Positions 44,953 to 56,482 of a stretch of 64,000 bases of DNA are shown here, piece after piece. Positions within the stretch are counted from its first letter, which is position 1, and the number at the start of each line of letters is the position of its first letter. The translations under genes and the position numbers were made by a program. Origin of the DNA: the human T2T-CHM13v2.0 reference genome, Homo sapiens; NCBI RefSeq assembly GCF_009914755.1, contig NC_060940.1. The stretch is one strand, 5' to 3'. The notes below the pieces were generated by a model. The model was not told where the DNA came from, made no database searches, and saw only the letters and a program-made list of their open reading frames with translations.

Positions 44953-45484
44953 TCAGAAACCAAAGTTGGAATCTGTAAACTAAAATCTTTTGCTTTGAAA
45001 TTAATATATAAGAATGAGAATGATTATTGAGATCTATGCTCAGCTAGCCATGAACCAAGAATTCAACTCTTATCTGTCTAGAAGAGGGGCGGGAAAAAGC
45101 TCTCTTATGGTTAACTGCTGCCCCTCCTAGGTACTTTGGTTTTCTGCTGCACTGAAGCCAGAATGATTTTATGTTGCAGTAAAAAATAACATGCTTACAA
45201 TATTAATACACTATTATGGAAAATATTAGAAAATTTAGCTGAGCAAAAATAATACAAATAACACTCATAATTCTATCATTTTCAAATAACAATTTTTCTT
45301 TGGGGGGGCAGTATTTTTTTATCAACCTAAAAGAAGTACTTTATACCTCCCACATTTTTACAATCCCTGTCATTCATTTTTGTTCACTGTGTATAACCTT
45401 TGGAATTTGGGTGTTTGATATCCATGGAAGAAGCAACACAACATACATCTTTTAACTTATTATACCATTGGCTGCCATTCCCCA

Positions 45485-46415
45485 GCATTCATTCATTCAT
45501 AATTCAGTCATAGATGTTTGTTAAACTCCTACTTTTTCCATTCATTCTGCTACCTTTTGAGAATACAGTGGTAATCAAAAACAGACATGGTCCCTACCCT
45601 TGTGGAGCTCTCAGTGGATTTGAAGAGTCTGTCATGAATTTAAAAATGACACAATAAATGTAAACCTGCCACTGTAATAAGTTCTATGAGAGAAAGGAAC
45701 ATGAGTTTGTAACAGGAAAATTTGATCTAGTCAGAAAAGGCTTTCTTAATGAAGTGATAAATGAGGTGATATTTGAAGGAAAAGTAAAGCAGGGAGGGAG
45801 GAGCCTTCCAGGGAAAGGTACCGATATGTGTAAAGCCCTGGGACAAGAAAGACTGGGAATGACAGAGAAAGGAAGCCAGCATGGCTAGTGTAGAGACAAG
45901 GAACTGGAGAGGAAAGTAGGGGCCAAATCATGCAAAAGCCCTGAAGTAGGAGCATGCCTAGTGCGCCCAAGCAGCAGCAAGGATTTCGCCATGGCTGGAG
46001 GGACATGAGCAAGGAGAGAAGAGTAAAAAATGAAATTGGAGAGGGAACAGTTGGAGAGTGTGCCAGGTAGTTTTGCAGTACTATCCAATAGCACTTTCTG
46101 CGATGATGGAAATGCTCTGTCTGCACTGTTCACTATGATAGCCATTACTCACTTGAAATTGAGCACTCAAAACATAGCTAGTGCCATTGAGGAACTGCAT
46201 ATTTAATTTTAGTTAATTTTAATTTAATAGCCTCTAGTTGTAGTGTACGGTATGCTAATGAACACTTGAAGGGTAGATAGTGTAGTGGAGAAACTGAATT
46301 TTTAAAATTTTACTTCATTTTATTTAAATGTAGGAACAGCCACATGTGGCTAGTGGCTACCATGTTGGATAGAACAGTTACAGCCTTGTGACCTTTGGCT
46401 TTTACTCTGAAGTAA
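45485..46415 (-). mobile_element. L2 3' region, interrupted by MER3
   Basis: (CATT)n end, AAAACAGACATGGTCCCTACCCTTGTGGAGCT and TTTGGCTTTTACTCTGA. Confidence 0.75.
46076..46377. mobile_element. MER3-like hAT-Charlie MITE
   Basis: CAGTACTATCCAATAGCACTTTCTGCGATGATGGAAATG...CACATGTGGCTAGTGGCTACCATGTTGGATAG. Confidence 0.82.
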
Positions 46416-46799
46416 TTAAATTTGAATTACCTAAGGCCTGTAGCTAAATTGGTATTTTGTTTTACTTTTAAGCAAAATAATAAACTTTCCTTTTTTGATA
46501 GGATAAAGGAGAGGTGAAGATATATAAGAGCCTAAAGAAATACATAATTTCCTTGAGTCATATTTTTAATTGATATCTTAAGATGCCCTCCAAAAGGTGA
46601 AATGTAAGTGGTGACAGCATATGTAACTTTTTCTTTCCTGCTTCAGCTTAATGTCTGTTGCTCATTAAAGGATGAGATAGTTTGTCTCAGTTAACATTCT
46701 CATAGAACATTTCACTTTTTCTGTCTTTTGTCATTTGTTAACCTATGTATATATTTGTATAACTATTTTATATCTTCTGTGCAACACCCAACCATAAGA

Positions 46800-46915
46800 T
46801 TATTATATTATTTAGGGCAGGGACTGTGCCTGTCTTATTCACATAGAATCCACAGTATATGAAATCCTAGTAGTCGATTAATGAATATTTAATAACTGAA
46901 TAAATGAATAAAGTA
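46800..46915 (+). mobile_element. L2 3' end
   Basis: GGCAGGGACTGTGCCTGTCTTATTCAC...TGAATAAATGAAT. Confidence 0.6.
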
Positions 46916-49900
46916 TTCAGCAGTCTCATCTCTACTGTACTCATCCATCTTCTTATTTATCCATATTGACTGTTACCCCCTCACCACTGGGCATACAGGG
47001 TTAAAGGACTCTCCCTAACCTTCTATTCATCCCAGTTACTTAAAACTATTGATAAGCATAAGTCTGTCTATTATCCACAATCCATGAAGCAGAGACCTTC
47101 TCCCATCCAATAAAAAAGATTTATCTTTTTAAAAAAATATTTAAATAACACCTGAAAGTGAGACCCAAAGGAACTGATAAAAAGATAGCCTGGTGACCTC
47201 TGTAGCTCAGAACTGAATTACTTTACAGCGACAACCCACTCTTTGTCCCTCATAACCTCTCAACTTTTATATAAGTCATAAGATTCTACCTTATTTTAAA
47301 TGAATAGCCCATTTTGACAGAGTAATGATGGTATGTGACAAATGGCACTTGTCTCATGGCATTTCCCTTAGCTAGCTTTACACAATTCAGTTATTGTTAG
47401 GTGACTTCAAGATACACCCTTAAGTTGGTTTTGTCTTTGAGATTGATTCTCTCCAAGAACCCTCAGTTCTGGTTCCACGCACATGACAGAAAGGCCTTCA
47501 GTTATTTTGGCTCATGGTAGGACTGCTTTCTCCCATTAGAGAGTTGGAGGATTATTGGAAAATCCTAGTACAATTTCTGAAGTACAAACTTAACCACAGA
47601 GACGTTTCCCCACATGAAATGTTTAGTGACAGTTGGGGTGGAAATAGGGGTCCATTGACCTGGGTGTCAGTCCTAACATACCCAGTTCACTGTGTCACCT
47701 TTAATAATGTACAGTTTGTGCTTCAACCTAGAATCTGCAGAGACTCTCTCCTGTTCCTTACCCCTTTCATTGATACCAGAAGTAGTAGAAAGATTGACCT
47801 TTGTGAAGCTTACTAAAATTCTTCTGCATCTTCAGGTAATTCACAGGGATGAGGAAAATAAAAAATAGAAAAAAATTAATAAAATTCTTCTACAAAACTG
47901 CAATACCGTGCAGAGATTATTGAGAAGGTGTGTGCAGAATTGCTGGTTTTTCAAACTAGATAAAACAGTAGTACCTATTCAAGTCACCACCACAGGGGGC
48001 CTCCTAAAAATAGACCGACTGCTATGTGATAGCTTAGGACGTTTTTATTGATATCATCTCTTGTCCTGCCGAAAGAAAAGCCTTGAGCCTGGAAGGAGGA
48101 ATTAGAGTGTATTTTCCTAGGAAACTGGTGCCACAGTAAACTGTATGTCTGTTTGTTCTTGAAGCTGACCTAGCAATTACCTTGGAATACTAGGGCTCTA
48201 TATTTTTCTAAATGTTTTTTCCTTCTACTTCATCATTCCTGATGAAAGAAAGAAAACAGTATAAAGAAAAGCTACAGGTTACTCTGAATACACACCAAGT
48301 TTTGTTGGGGAGTAGTTGTCTTAGGTGACACTCTGACCACAGCACTAAGAGCTACACTGGTGTAGTGAGGAAAGCGTGGCCCTTTTGAATCATAACGTGC
48401 TGTTCATTTCTATTCCCATTGCTTCTCCTAGGATTTCTTATCTCTTGCCCTAGCAAACCATAACACATAGACACACACACCCATCCCTGTCCAGTGCACC
48501 CAGTGGGGGGGAGGGGGCAGAGAAGACAAAGTCATTTATGTAATGTGTCTCCCTGCTGAGCCCCTAATGGCCGAAGCTTTTGTTCTGCATTCAGTGGCTG
48601 CATGTGATGGGCAGGAAGCCGCAGTCTCCCTTTGTTCCATGGCCTTATTCAGCAATTTAGATCCATCATAAAAATCAAATATGCATGTTGCAGTCGCCTT
48701 CCATACAACAGCTTCAATTTTCACCTTTTTTTAATTTGAACTCCACAGGGGAAGAAAGAAAATGAAGGGAGAAAGGGAAAATGGGGGTAAGAAAAAAAAT
48801 TGCTTTGTGTTTTTGCTTAGTGGACTGTGAAAATAGGCAGTCACAAAAAGAAAATTTTTTTAATTTCATAGATGCATCCCATTCAGAATAAGACATGCTA
48901 CCAAATTAGGCCTCTGGAAATGCCCTCACACCGTCCTAGTTAACTCAGGTTCCAAAACTTGGACGTGAAATGATGGGAAAAGAGAAAAATAGAACATTAT
49001 AAAAGGGTAGAAAGAGGAAGACTCTTTAGGGCTTGAAGAATCATCCTGTTCAGAGAGGTACCTCCATACCACTTATAATTATGCCAAAAAGAATGTTTTA
49101 TGTTCAGCTGATTGTCATGAGTTTCTTTTGTAAAAGAAATGATTTGGAGAAAAGGTTCATAGAGGGAATGAGAGAGAGATTACACTTAAATATATATTTC
49201 CTCTCTGAATAAAAATGAACACATTGGCAGAGATGTTTTTGTCCACTTATTGATTTGCACACAATATTTAAAATTTTCCCAGAACTTCAAAGGATATGTT
49301 CCCTGGAGTTCAGATAAATTTGCATCAGCAGGTTTGGTATTGATTATGCAGAAAAACACAGAAACCTTTTACCTACTCCATTGTTAGACTCAAGCAATGA
49401 CTTTACAGAAGGGTGCATTGCATGCCCTAATATAAACAATATGGCCAATATTTATTCGATTTATTAAAAAATGAAAGATCTGAAGAAGTGTGCCTCTTTA
49501 TGCCTGGTTTCACTTACTAATATAGATTTTGAAGGCTCATGCTAAACTTGAAGCCAGCCAGTTTGAAGATACTTTGCCTGTTCTTAGAAATGGAGCTTTT
49601 ACAGGGTAATCCCAGGGAGATTGCTGTTGTCAACATTATACAGATACTGAACATAATATAGGATGGGTACAAACTGAACGAGTGATCTTGAGGCTCATTC
49701 AAGGTTGAAAAAACCTTTCATTGTCTGGAGTGGAGCTTCTTCTGGAAGATGTACCAAATGAGTCTGGGATCAAAACCAATTTCGCAAGTTTGATCAAGTC
49801 ATAATATGGAAATCCACCAGATTCTGCTATGACTAATTAGAGGTGTGTGAAGAAGGTTTCCCTTCCCCAACATTATTGATTTTTCTTTCAAACTCCCCAG

Positions 49901-50834
49901 TTTCACGGGGAAAATCTCTGGCATTTAAAAGTGTTCAATTTAGTACAGTTCATTGATGCATGTAATCTTTGCTAACTGCATCTCATTTTCTCTGAACTGG
50001 ATTTTTCAGGCCCTCTTATGTCTGGGTATATTTTTTATTTACTCTATATTTTAAGTGAAATCAAAGATGTACCCAGAACATACAAATACTGAGAGGATAC
50101 ATTTAATATTTGGATTTTTTTTAGTTGCAAATTTTCCCTTTTCTCCACTGGAAATAATGGGCAATTACAAAAAAGTGTAATTTTAAAAAGTGGATTCCAC
50201 ACAATTTAAGCCTACATGAGTGAAGAGATTTGTATATGTCTTGAATCATTCTATCCTGGAAAAAGCAATAAAGATGGAGAAAAGCACCAGGAAATTTACA
50301 ACACTGGATAAAATCTGTGATTGTATACCATCATAACTGAGGCAAAAGCTATGGCTCTATGCCACCTCAAGCCGTCTCATTCCATCTTACTTTTTAACAC
50401 TACTCCATATTTTTAGGATATTATAGACAGATAGCATACTGTAACTTCTTGTTAAAGTTAGGGCCACATGCTGGCATTTTATGTTTTCAAATTCCTTCAT
50501 ATGAGGAAAGATGCTACACAGATGTATTAAATGATAACCATTTCATATTGGAGAGTGAAACCTTTATCTTCGAATTCAAGGTAATTTAATATATAAGGGT
50601 ATATTTTTAATTGAATATCTTCCTCTTCCCTATCATATGGCAACTTTGTCCTCAGTTGTTTCTTCCCAAGAAATAAGTTGTAGAAGGCCTAGAGGAAAAA
50701 TTGTTTCAGGAGACCTTGTTTGCATTTCAGGTCATTCCAACTACTATTCTTACCTCTACTTTAAACAAAAAATACATACTAAACCAATGATAGGTCTCAC
50801 TTACTGAAGTCTTTTCCTCTGCAATCACACAGAT

Positions 50835-52180
50835 GTTGAGAGTGTAGCCTCCGAATTAGACAATCTCAGTTCAAGTTCTGACTCCATCCTTGACTAGCTC
50901 TGTGACCTTGGACGATTTAAGCTTGAGTGTCTTAATTCGTAAAATGAATATATGAGGATAATAACACTTAATGTATAGGATCATGTAAGTTAAATGAGAT
51001 TAAGTATTGTCACAGGTTGCTTTCCTAGAGAAGCAGACCTGAGATTAACATTCAGTGTATTTATTAGGGGGTGCTGTCAATACCTGTGGAAGGTGAGCTG
51101 CGGTGCATTCCAACAAAGACCTCAGCCAACACTGAGGCAGGTTTTTTTCAGCTTCCTGGGAGCTGACAACAACTAAGGGGTGTCGTCTTTTAGCAGTCTT
51201 TTTAGCTGTGGAAATAAATCCTTTATTCTTTATTTTAGGGGGAGTTGGGTGGCACATTACAATGTCTATTAGAAGAGTTTAGTAAGCACTCAGTAAATAT
51301 TAGCTATATAATAGTGTCAATGTATATTTACCTGGGAGACCATTCTTAGTATCCCAAACAGTTGCTTTCATTATATATTTTAATAGTGCTTTAGTAAGAG
51401 CATGGCTCTGGAACTGGATTTGAGGCCCGATTTCCTAATTGGCAGCTGAATAACACTAAGTACATTAGTCTCTCTGTGTCTCAGTTTCCTCATTTGTGAA
51501 ATGGAAATAATAATAGTACTCATTCTCATAGGATTGTTATGAGGATTAAATATGTTAATAGTTACACTTTAAACAGTGCCTGGCATATAATACATGCTCT
51601 GTAACTGCTCGTGCTTGTCATCATCATTATTATTTTTCTGCTCTCAATCAAGTTAAGCATGTACAGTGAGTCCTCACTTAACATCATTGAGAGGTTCTTG
51701 AAAACTGACTTTAAGTGATTCAACAAATAAACCAATTTTTAATCATCAACATTATAATAACAGTGTTATTCGAAGACCTGATATATCTTGTTTTACTTAA
51801 AGTCAGTTTCCAAGAACCTATTGATGATAGTGAAGATTTACTGTAGTCAAAAACTACTTTGGAATCAGACAATGCTGGGTTTAAATCCCAGCTCTGTCAC
51901 TTACTAGCCATTTTGACGTCGAGCATGTTACTTAATCTGTGATCCTCAGTATTCTTATCTGTCAAAAAGAAGTAATATGTCTAACCTTATAGAAAGCACC
52001 AAATATATGAAGGTATTATGAACTTATGTTTTAGTTTCTTTTCTGAAATGTAGTAATAACCCCACCCTTGGGATGTCCTGAAGATTATGTGAGTTCATTC
52101 ATGAAAAGCACTTAGAATGGTACCTGACACAAAAGTATGTGTTCAGTGAGTGTTAGCTAATATGATGGTGATGATGACAA
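50835..52180 (+). mobile_element. Cluster of MIR fragments with a nested ERVL LTR remnant (~51008-51265) and Tigger4
   Basis: MIR cores CTCAGTTTCCTCATTTGTGAAATGG, GGGTTTAAATCCCAGCTCTGTCACTTACTAGC and CTAGCTCTGTGACCTTGG. Confidence 0.7.
51664..51843. mobile_element. Tigger4a/MER46A-like MITE
   Basis: Long imperfect inverted termini (AGGTTCTTGAAAACTGACTTTAAGT / ACTTAAAGTCAGTTTCCAAGAACCT); TA TSD. Confidence 0.85.
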
Positions 52181-54032
52181 CTGTATAAAGGACTCTGCAC
52201 CATGCCTTGCGTATCATAAGCACTCAAATATTACTTTTGAAGCTCTCCGTGAATGTTTTCTTTATTTCTTCCTATTAGCCTTTCTTTTACATTCCAGCTG
52301 GCCTGCTGGACCTTTATTCTTGTGTATTCCTTTCCTCTTCCCTCACATGCTTGTAAGGATTTTGAATGTTATATATGGGCCAATAATAAACCATATCCTC
52401 TGACATCCTTAAAAAACAAAAGACAAAACCTTCTACTTTGTTTTTATTCTGGAGACAATAAGGCTGATGAGTGATTAAACATTGTCTTCAAGTACACAAA
52501 GGTTCTTGCTACAGAAAGGTGGCTGCCAGCTCTCCATCTTCAGGACAGAAGAAGAGAAATTTACTTCAGTGGAGCATACAAACACAGCATGGAAGACAAA
52601 AGAGGATGATAGACTGTCTAACTCTGAGAGGCTAAAAACAAAGAATATTCTTAATGTATTTAGAATGGCTATGTGCATGTGTTTCCAACCAAAGGGAAGA
52701 GAAAATTCTAATGAAATCCCTTTTAGCCCCATACTTCTGATTGTGTTATCCTCAAATATTTTAACTATAAATATTACCTGGTAATGTGTACCTTGCTTGT
52801 CCTGTGTTCTTTTGTCATATTATTATTCATAATAGCTGGTGTCCGTTATAAACCAATCAGAAAAAGGTCTTGGTTTGGGATAGACATTTATTATTCATAA
52901 AGGCTAAAAACTGTTTCTCCTTGCAATAATATATAATAAAAAAATAAGCATAGCCAAAATTTTCATTTGCATTCCAGAGGAAATAGTCTGAATAAATTCA
53001 CCCTATTCATACACAGGGTTTTTTTTTTTTAATATCGTTTTAAACACTGCTAAGTGTTAACGTTTTACATTAAGTTATTACTTTGACAGGGATTTGATAA
53101 TATAATTATGGCCTTTATAATCATGTAGAAAATCATGTTAATTAAATAAACAAAAACTGAAGGAAAATGAACATTTTGATTGGGTTTATTTCATCAGAAG
53201 AATCAGACATCTCAAAATAGAAGCAGACATCTGTGGAAATGAAGAAAAATCTACAGTTCTTAAAAACCTAGACTCTCTGCTAAGGATATTATATAGAGAT
53301 CTAGGAAATAGCTCAGCTTTAAACATACCCCTTAATAGATATATTAAAGCCGAATTTCCTTCTTCCCCTCTTTTTGTTTAATTTTCTTTTAAAGCTGTGT
53401 TTTTAATGGCAGATGAAGCTATCTTTTTTTTTATACTTTGAACAAGTATGGCATCTTTTACCCAGGAATCTCAAATTCCCACAAATTTCATACATAGTAG
53501 TTGTTATATGTAAAATATACAAAACATGAGGCTTCCTGCAAATTCCTGGCAGGGTGTGGAGCGGGTGTGGTGGGTATATGCATTATATCCCATTGTTTTT
53601 GGGAATTTTTTTTGGGTTCCTAGTGATGATTATTCCCACTGAAGTGATGATTATTCCCATCTGTGCCCAGTTGGCATGTTTTTTAGAGGCTTTTATACCA
53701 CAGCAGAGTTCCCAATGATACTTTATCATTTAGACCTCCTTAAAAATATGAGGGAGCTAGAGTGATTTTATTTTAATTAAACACTTCAGGACTTTTATTT
53801 TTGTCTTTTCATATTTTTATGTTTGGCATGTAGTAGGTACTCAATAATAGTTGAAGCCATGAAAATCTTTGGTCATTTTCAAAGTGATTCTTTTGGAATC
53901 CTATGTATTTATTATATCAGTGTCCAAAACAGTTCTGGAATTGCCCTCAGAGCTTGTGTTAGAGTCTTTTGAATATACTTATCTTTGCAGGTCAATTAAT
54001 ATTTATTTAGTGTCTATAATATATATATTTCA

Positions 54033-54162
54033 ATTTTTTTTGTAGAGATGGGGGTTCTCACTATGTTGCCCATGCTGGTCTTGAACTCCTGGCCTCAAGC
54101 AATCCTCCCGCCTTGGCCTCCCAAAGTGTTTGGATTACAGGGATAAGCAACTACACTTGGCC
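54033..54162 (-). mobile_element. FLAM-type Alu monomer
   Basis: Single left arm. Confidence 0.85.
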
Positions 54163-54375
54163 TGTGCTTTTTAAGTATCATGATTTCACCCATTAGCTTA
54201 TTTACTGCAGTTGGAGCTATTGCACAGCAGTCTCCCTTGTGTCAGGAACAGTTAATAAGTACTGAAGGTGGACAGTGAGAAATAATAAGATAAAAATAGA
54301 ATAATAAGAAATGGTTCTCTTCCAAGAGTTATAACTTAGAAATATACATTCAAATTAACATACTAGAAAATACAG

Positions 54376-55794
54376 GTCGTCGGCAAAGCCTGAGTCCTGT
54401 CCTCTCACTCTCCTCTGTGGACAGCATGAACTTCACCACTCGCTCCACCTTCTCCACCAACTACCGGTCCCTGGGCTTTGTCCAGGCGCCCAGCTACAGT
54501 GCCCGGCCAGTCAGCAGCATGGCCAGCGTCTATGCAGGCACCAGGGGCTCTGGTTCCTGGATCTCCATGTCCCACTCCGCCAGCTTCTGGGGCGGCATGG
54601 GGTCTGGGGGCCTGTCCGCGGGGATGGCTGGGGGTCTTGCAAGAATGGGAGGCATCCAGAACAAGAAGGAGACCATGCAAAGCCTGAAGTACTGCCTGAC
54701 CTCCTACCTGAACACAGTGAGGAACCTGGAGATGGAGAACTGGAAGCTAGAGAGCAAAATCCGGGAGCACCTGGAGAAGAAGGGACCCCAGTTCAGAGAC
54801 TGGAGCCGTTACTTCCAGACCATCAAGGACCTGAGGGCTCAGATCTTCGCAAATACTGTGGACAATGCCTGCATCGTTCTGCAGATTGACAGTGCCCGTC
54901 TTGCAGCTGATGATTTTAGAGTCAAGTATGAGACGGAGCTGGCCGTGCACTAGTCTGTGGAGAATGACATCCATGGGCTCTGCAAGGTCATTGATGACAC
55001 CAGTGTCACTTGGCTGCAGCTGGAGACAGAGATCAAGGCTCGCAAGGAAGAGCTGCTCTTCATGAAGAAGAACCACGGAGAGGAAGTAAAAGGCCTACAA
55101 GCCCAGATTGCCAGCTCTGGGTTGACCTTGGAGGTAGATCCCCAAATCTCAGGACCTCGCCAAGATCATGGCAGACATCTGGGCCCAATATGACAAGCTG
55201 GCTCGGAAGAACAGAGAGGAGCTGGACAAGTACTGGTCTCAGCAGATTGAGGAGAGCACCACGGTGGTCACCACGCAGTCCGTCAAGGTTGGAGCTGCTG
55301 AGACGACACTCACGGAGCTGAGATATACAGTCCAGTCCTTGGAGACTGACCTGGACTCAATGAGAAATCTGAAGGCCAGCTTGGAGAACAGCCTGAGGGA
55401 GGTGGAGGCCCGCTACACCCTGCAGATGGAGCAGCTCAACGGGATCCTGCTTTACCTGGAGTCAGAGCTGGCACAGACCCGGGCAGAGGGGTAGCGCCAG
55501 GCCGAGGAGTATGAGGCCCTGCAGAACATCAAGGTCAACCTGGAGGATGAGATCGCCACCTACCGCTGCCTGCTGGAAGATGGCGAGGACTTCAATCTTG
55601 GTGATGCCCTGGACAGCAGCAACTCCATGCAAACCATTCAAAAGACCACCACCTGCCGGATAGTGGATGGCAAAGTGGTGTCTGAGACCAATGACCCCAA
55701 AGTTCTGAAACTTTAAGCCAGCAGAAGCAGGGTACCCTTTGGGGAGCAGGAGGCCAATGAAAAGTTCAGCGGTCCAAAACAAAAAAAAAAAAAG
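54376..55794 (+). pseudogene. KRT18P: Processed pseudogene of keratin 18 (full-length retrocopy)
   Basis: Intronless KRT18 homology from the 5' UTR (GCAAAGCCTGAGTCCTGTCC) through ATG 54426 ([17 protein letters not shown]) to TAA 55716; TAG stops at 54951 and 55492; frameshift at ~55140; poly(A) 55776-94; TSD AGAAAATACAG at 54365-75 and 55795-805. Confidence 0.97.
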
Positions 55795-56014
55795 AGAAAA
55801 TACAGTGTTATAGCAGATAAATGTATACAGTGGAATCGACAAGGTCTCTGGGTGAGCATCATGGAAGAGGTGGCATTTCAGATCTCGATGGATATAGATA
55901 GGAAAATATGGGAGAAGCGTATAGCAGGAAAAGAGAAAATTGTAAGCAAAGACCCCAAAGCAGAAAAGCATTTGGTTCAGTCAGAGAATGGTGAGACAGA
56001 AAAAGAAACGGAGA

Positions 56015-56225
56015 TAGAATTTTGGAGCTAGAGTCCCGGGGTACTAACCTCAGTGCTGAAACATACCGTGTCCTTTGACAAGTGACTTGAACTGTGTCTT
56101 GGTTTTCTTCTCTGTAAAATGGGGATAAGATTTGTACCTACATCACAGGGTTGTTATGAGGAATAATATATAATAATACATCTAAAACAATGCCTGGCAC
56201 ATAACAAGCACCATGTAAGTGTTAG
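56015..56225 (+). mobile_element. MIR within L2 remnants
   Basis: CTCTGTAAAATGGGGATAA..TACATCACAGGGTTGTTATGAGGA. Confidence 0.75.
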
Positions 56226-56482
56226 AAAATGAGAGAGTGGAGTATCTTCTCTACTGTACTGGAAGCCACTGAAGGTTTTTGAGCAAGGTGGTGAAAAGAT
56301 AGGCGTTATACTTTAAGAGTATGATCCTGGCACTACTGTGTACAGTTGATCATGAGAGAGATGCTAGTTAAGAGAGATCCTGGGAAGGGGAAATGCCAGA
56401 TTGCACTGGAGCAATAGCTATGGGAATGAAAAGGAGGGGGTGGATGCAAGAAACACTGGAGGGTCCCCATAACATGCACATA

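Noticed and set aside
47985-48003. CTCF-like CACCACAGGGGGCC
   Set aside because: Several mismatches to the CTCF core when aligned without gaps
53622-53659. Apparent C/D-box snoRNA (GTGATGA...CTGA...GTGATGA)
   Set aside because: Explained by a 17-bp direct repeat AGTGATGATTATTCCCA; C-to-D spacing is only 9 nt, with no terminal D box or closing stem
54747-55971. Antisense and alternative-frame ORFs over the KRT18 retrocopy
   Set aside because: Shadow ORFs of GC-rich coding-derived sequence
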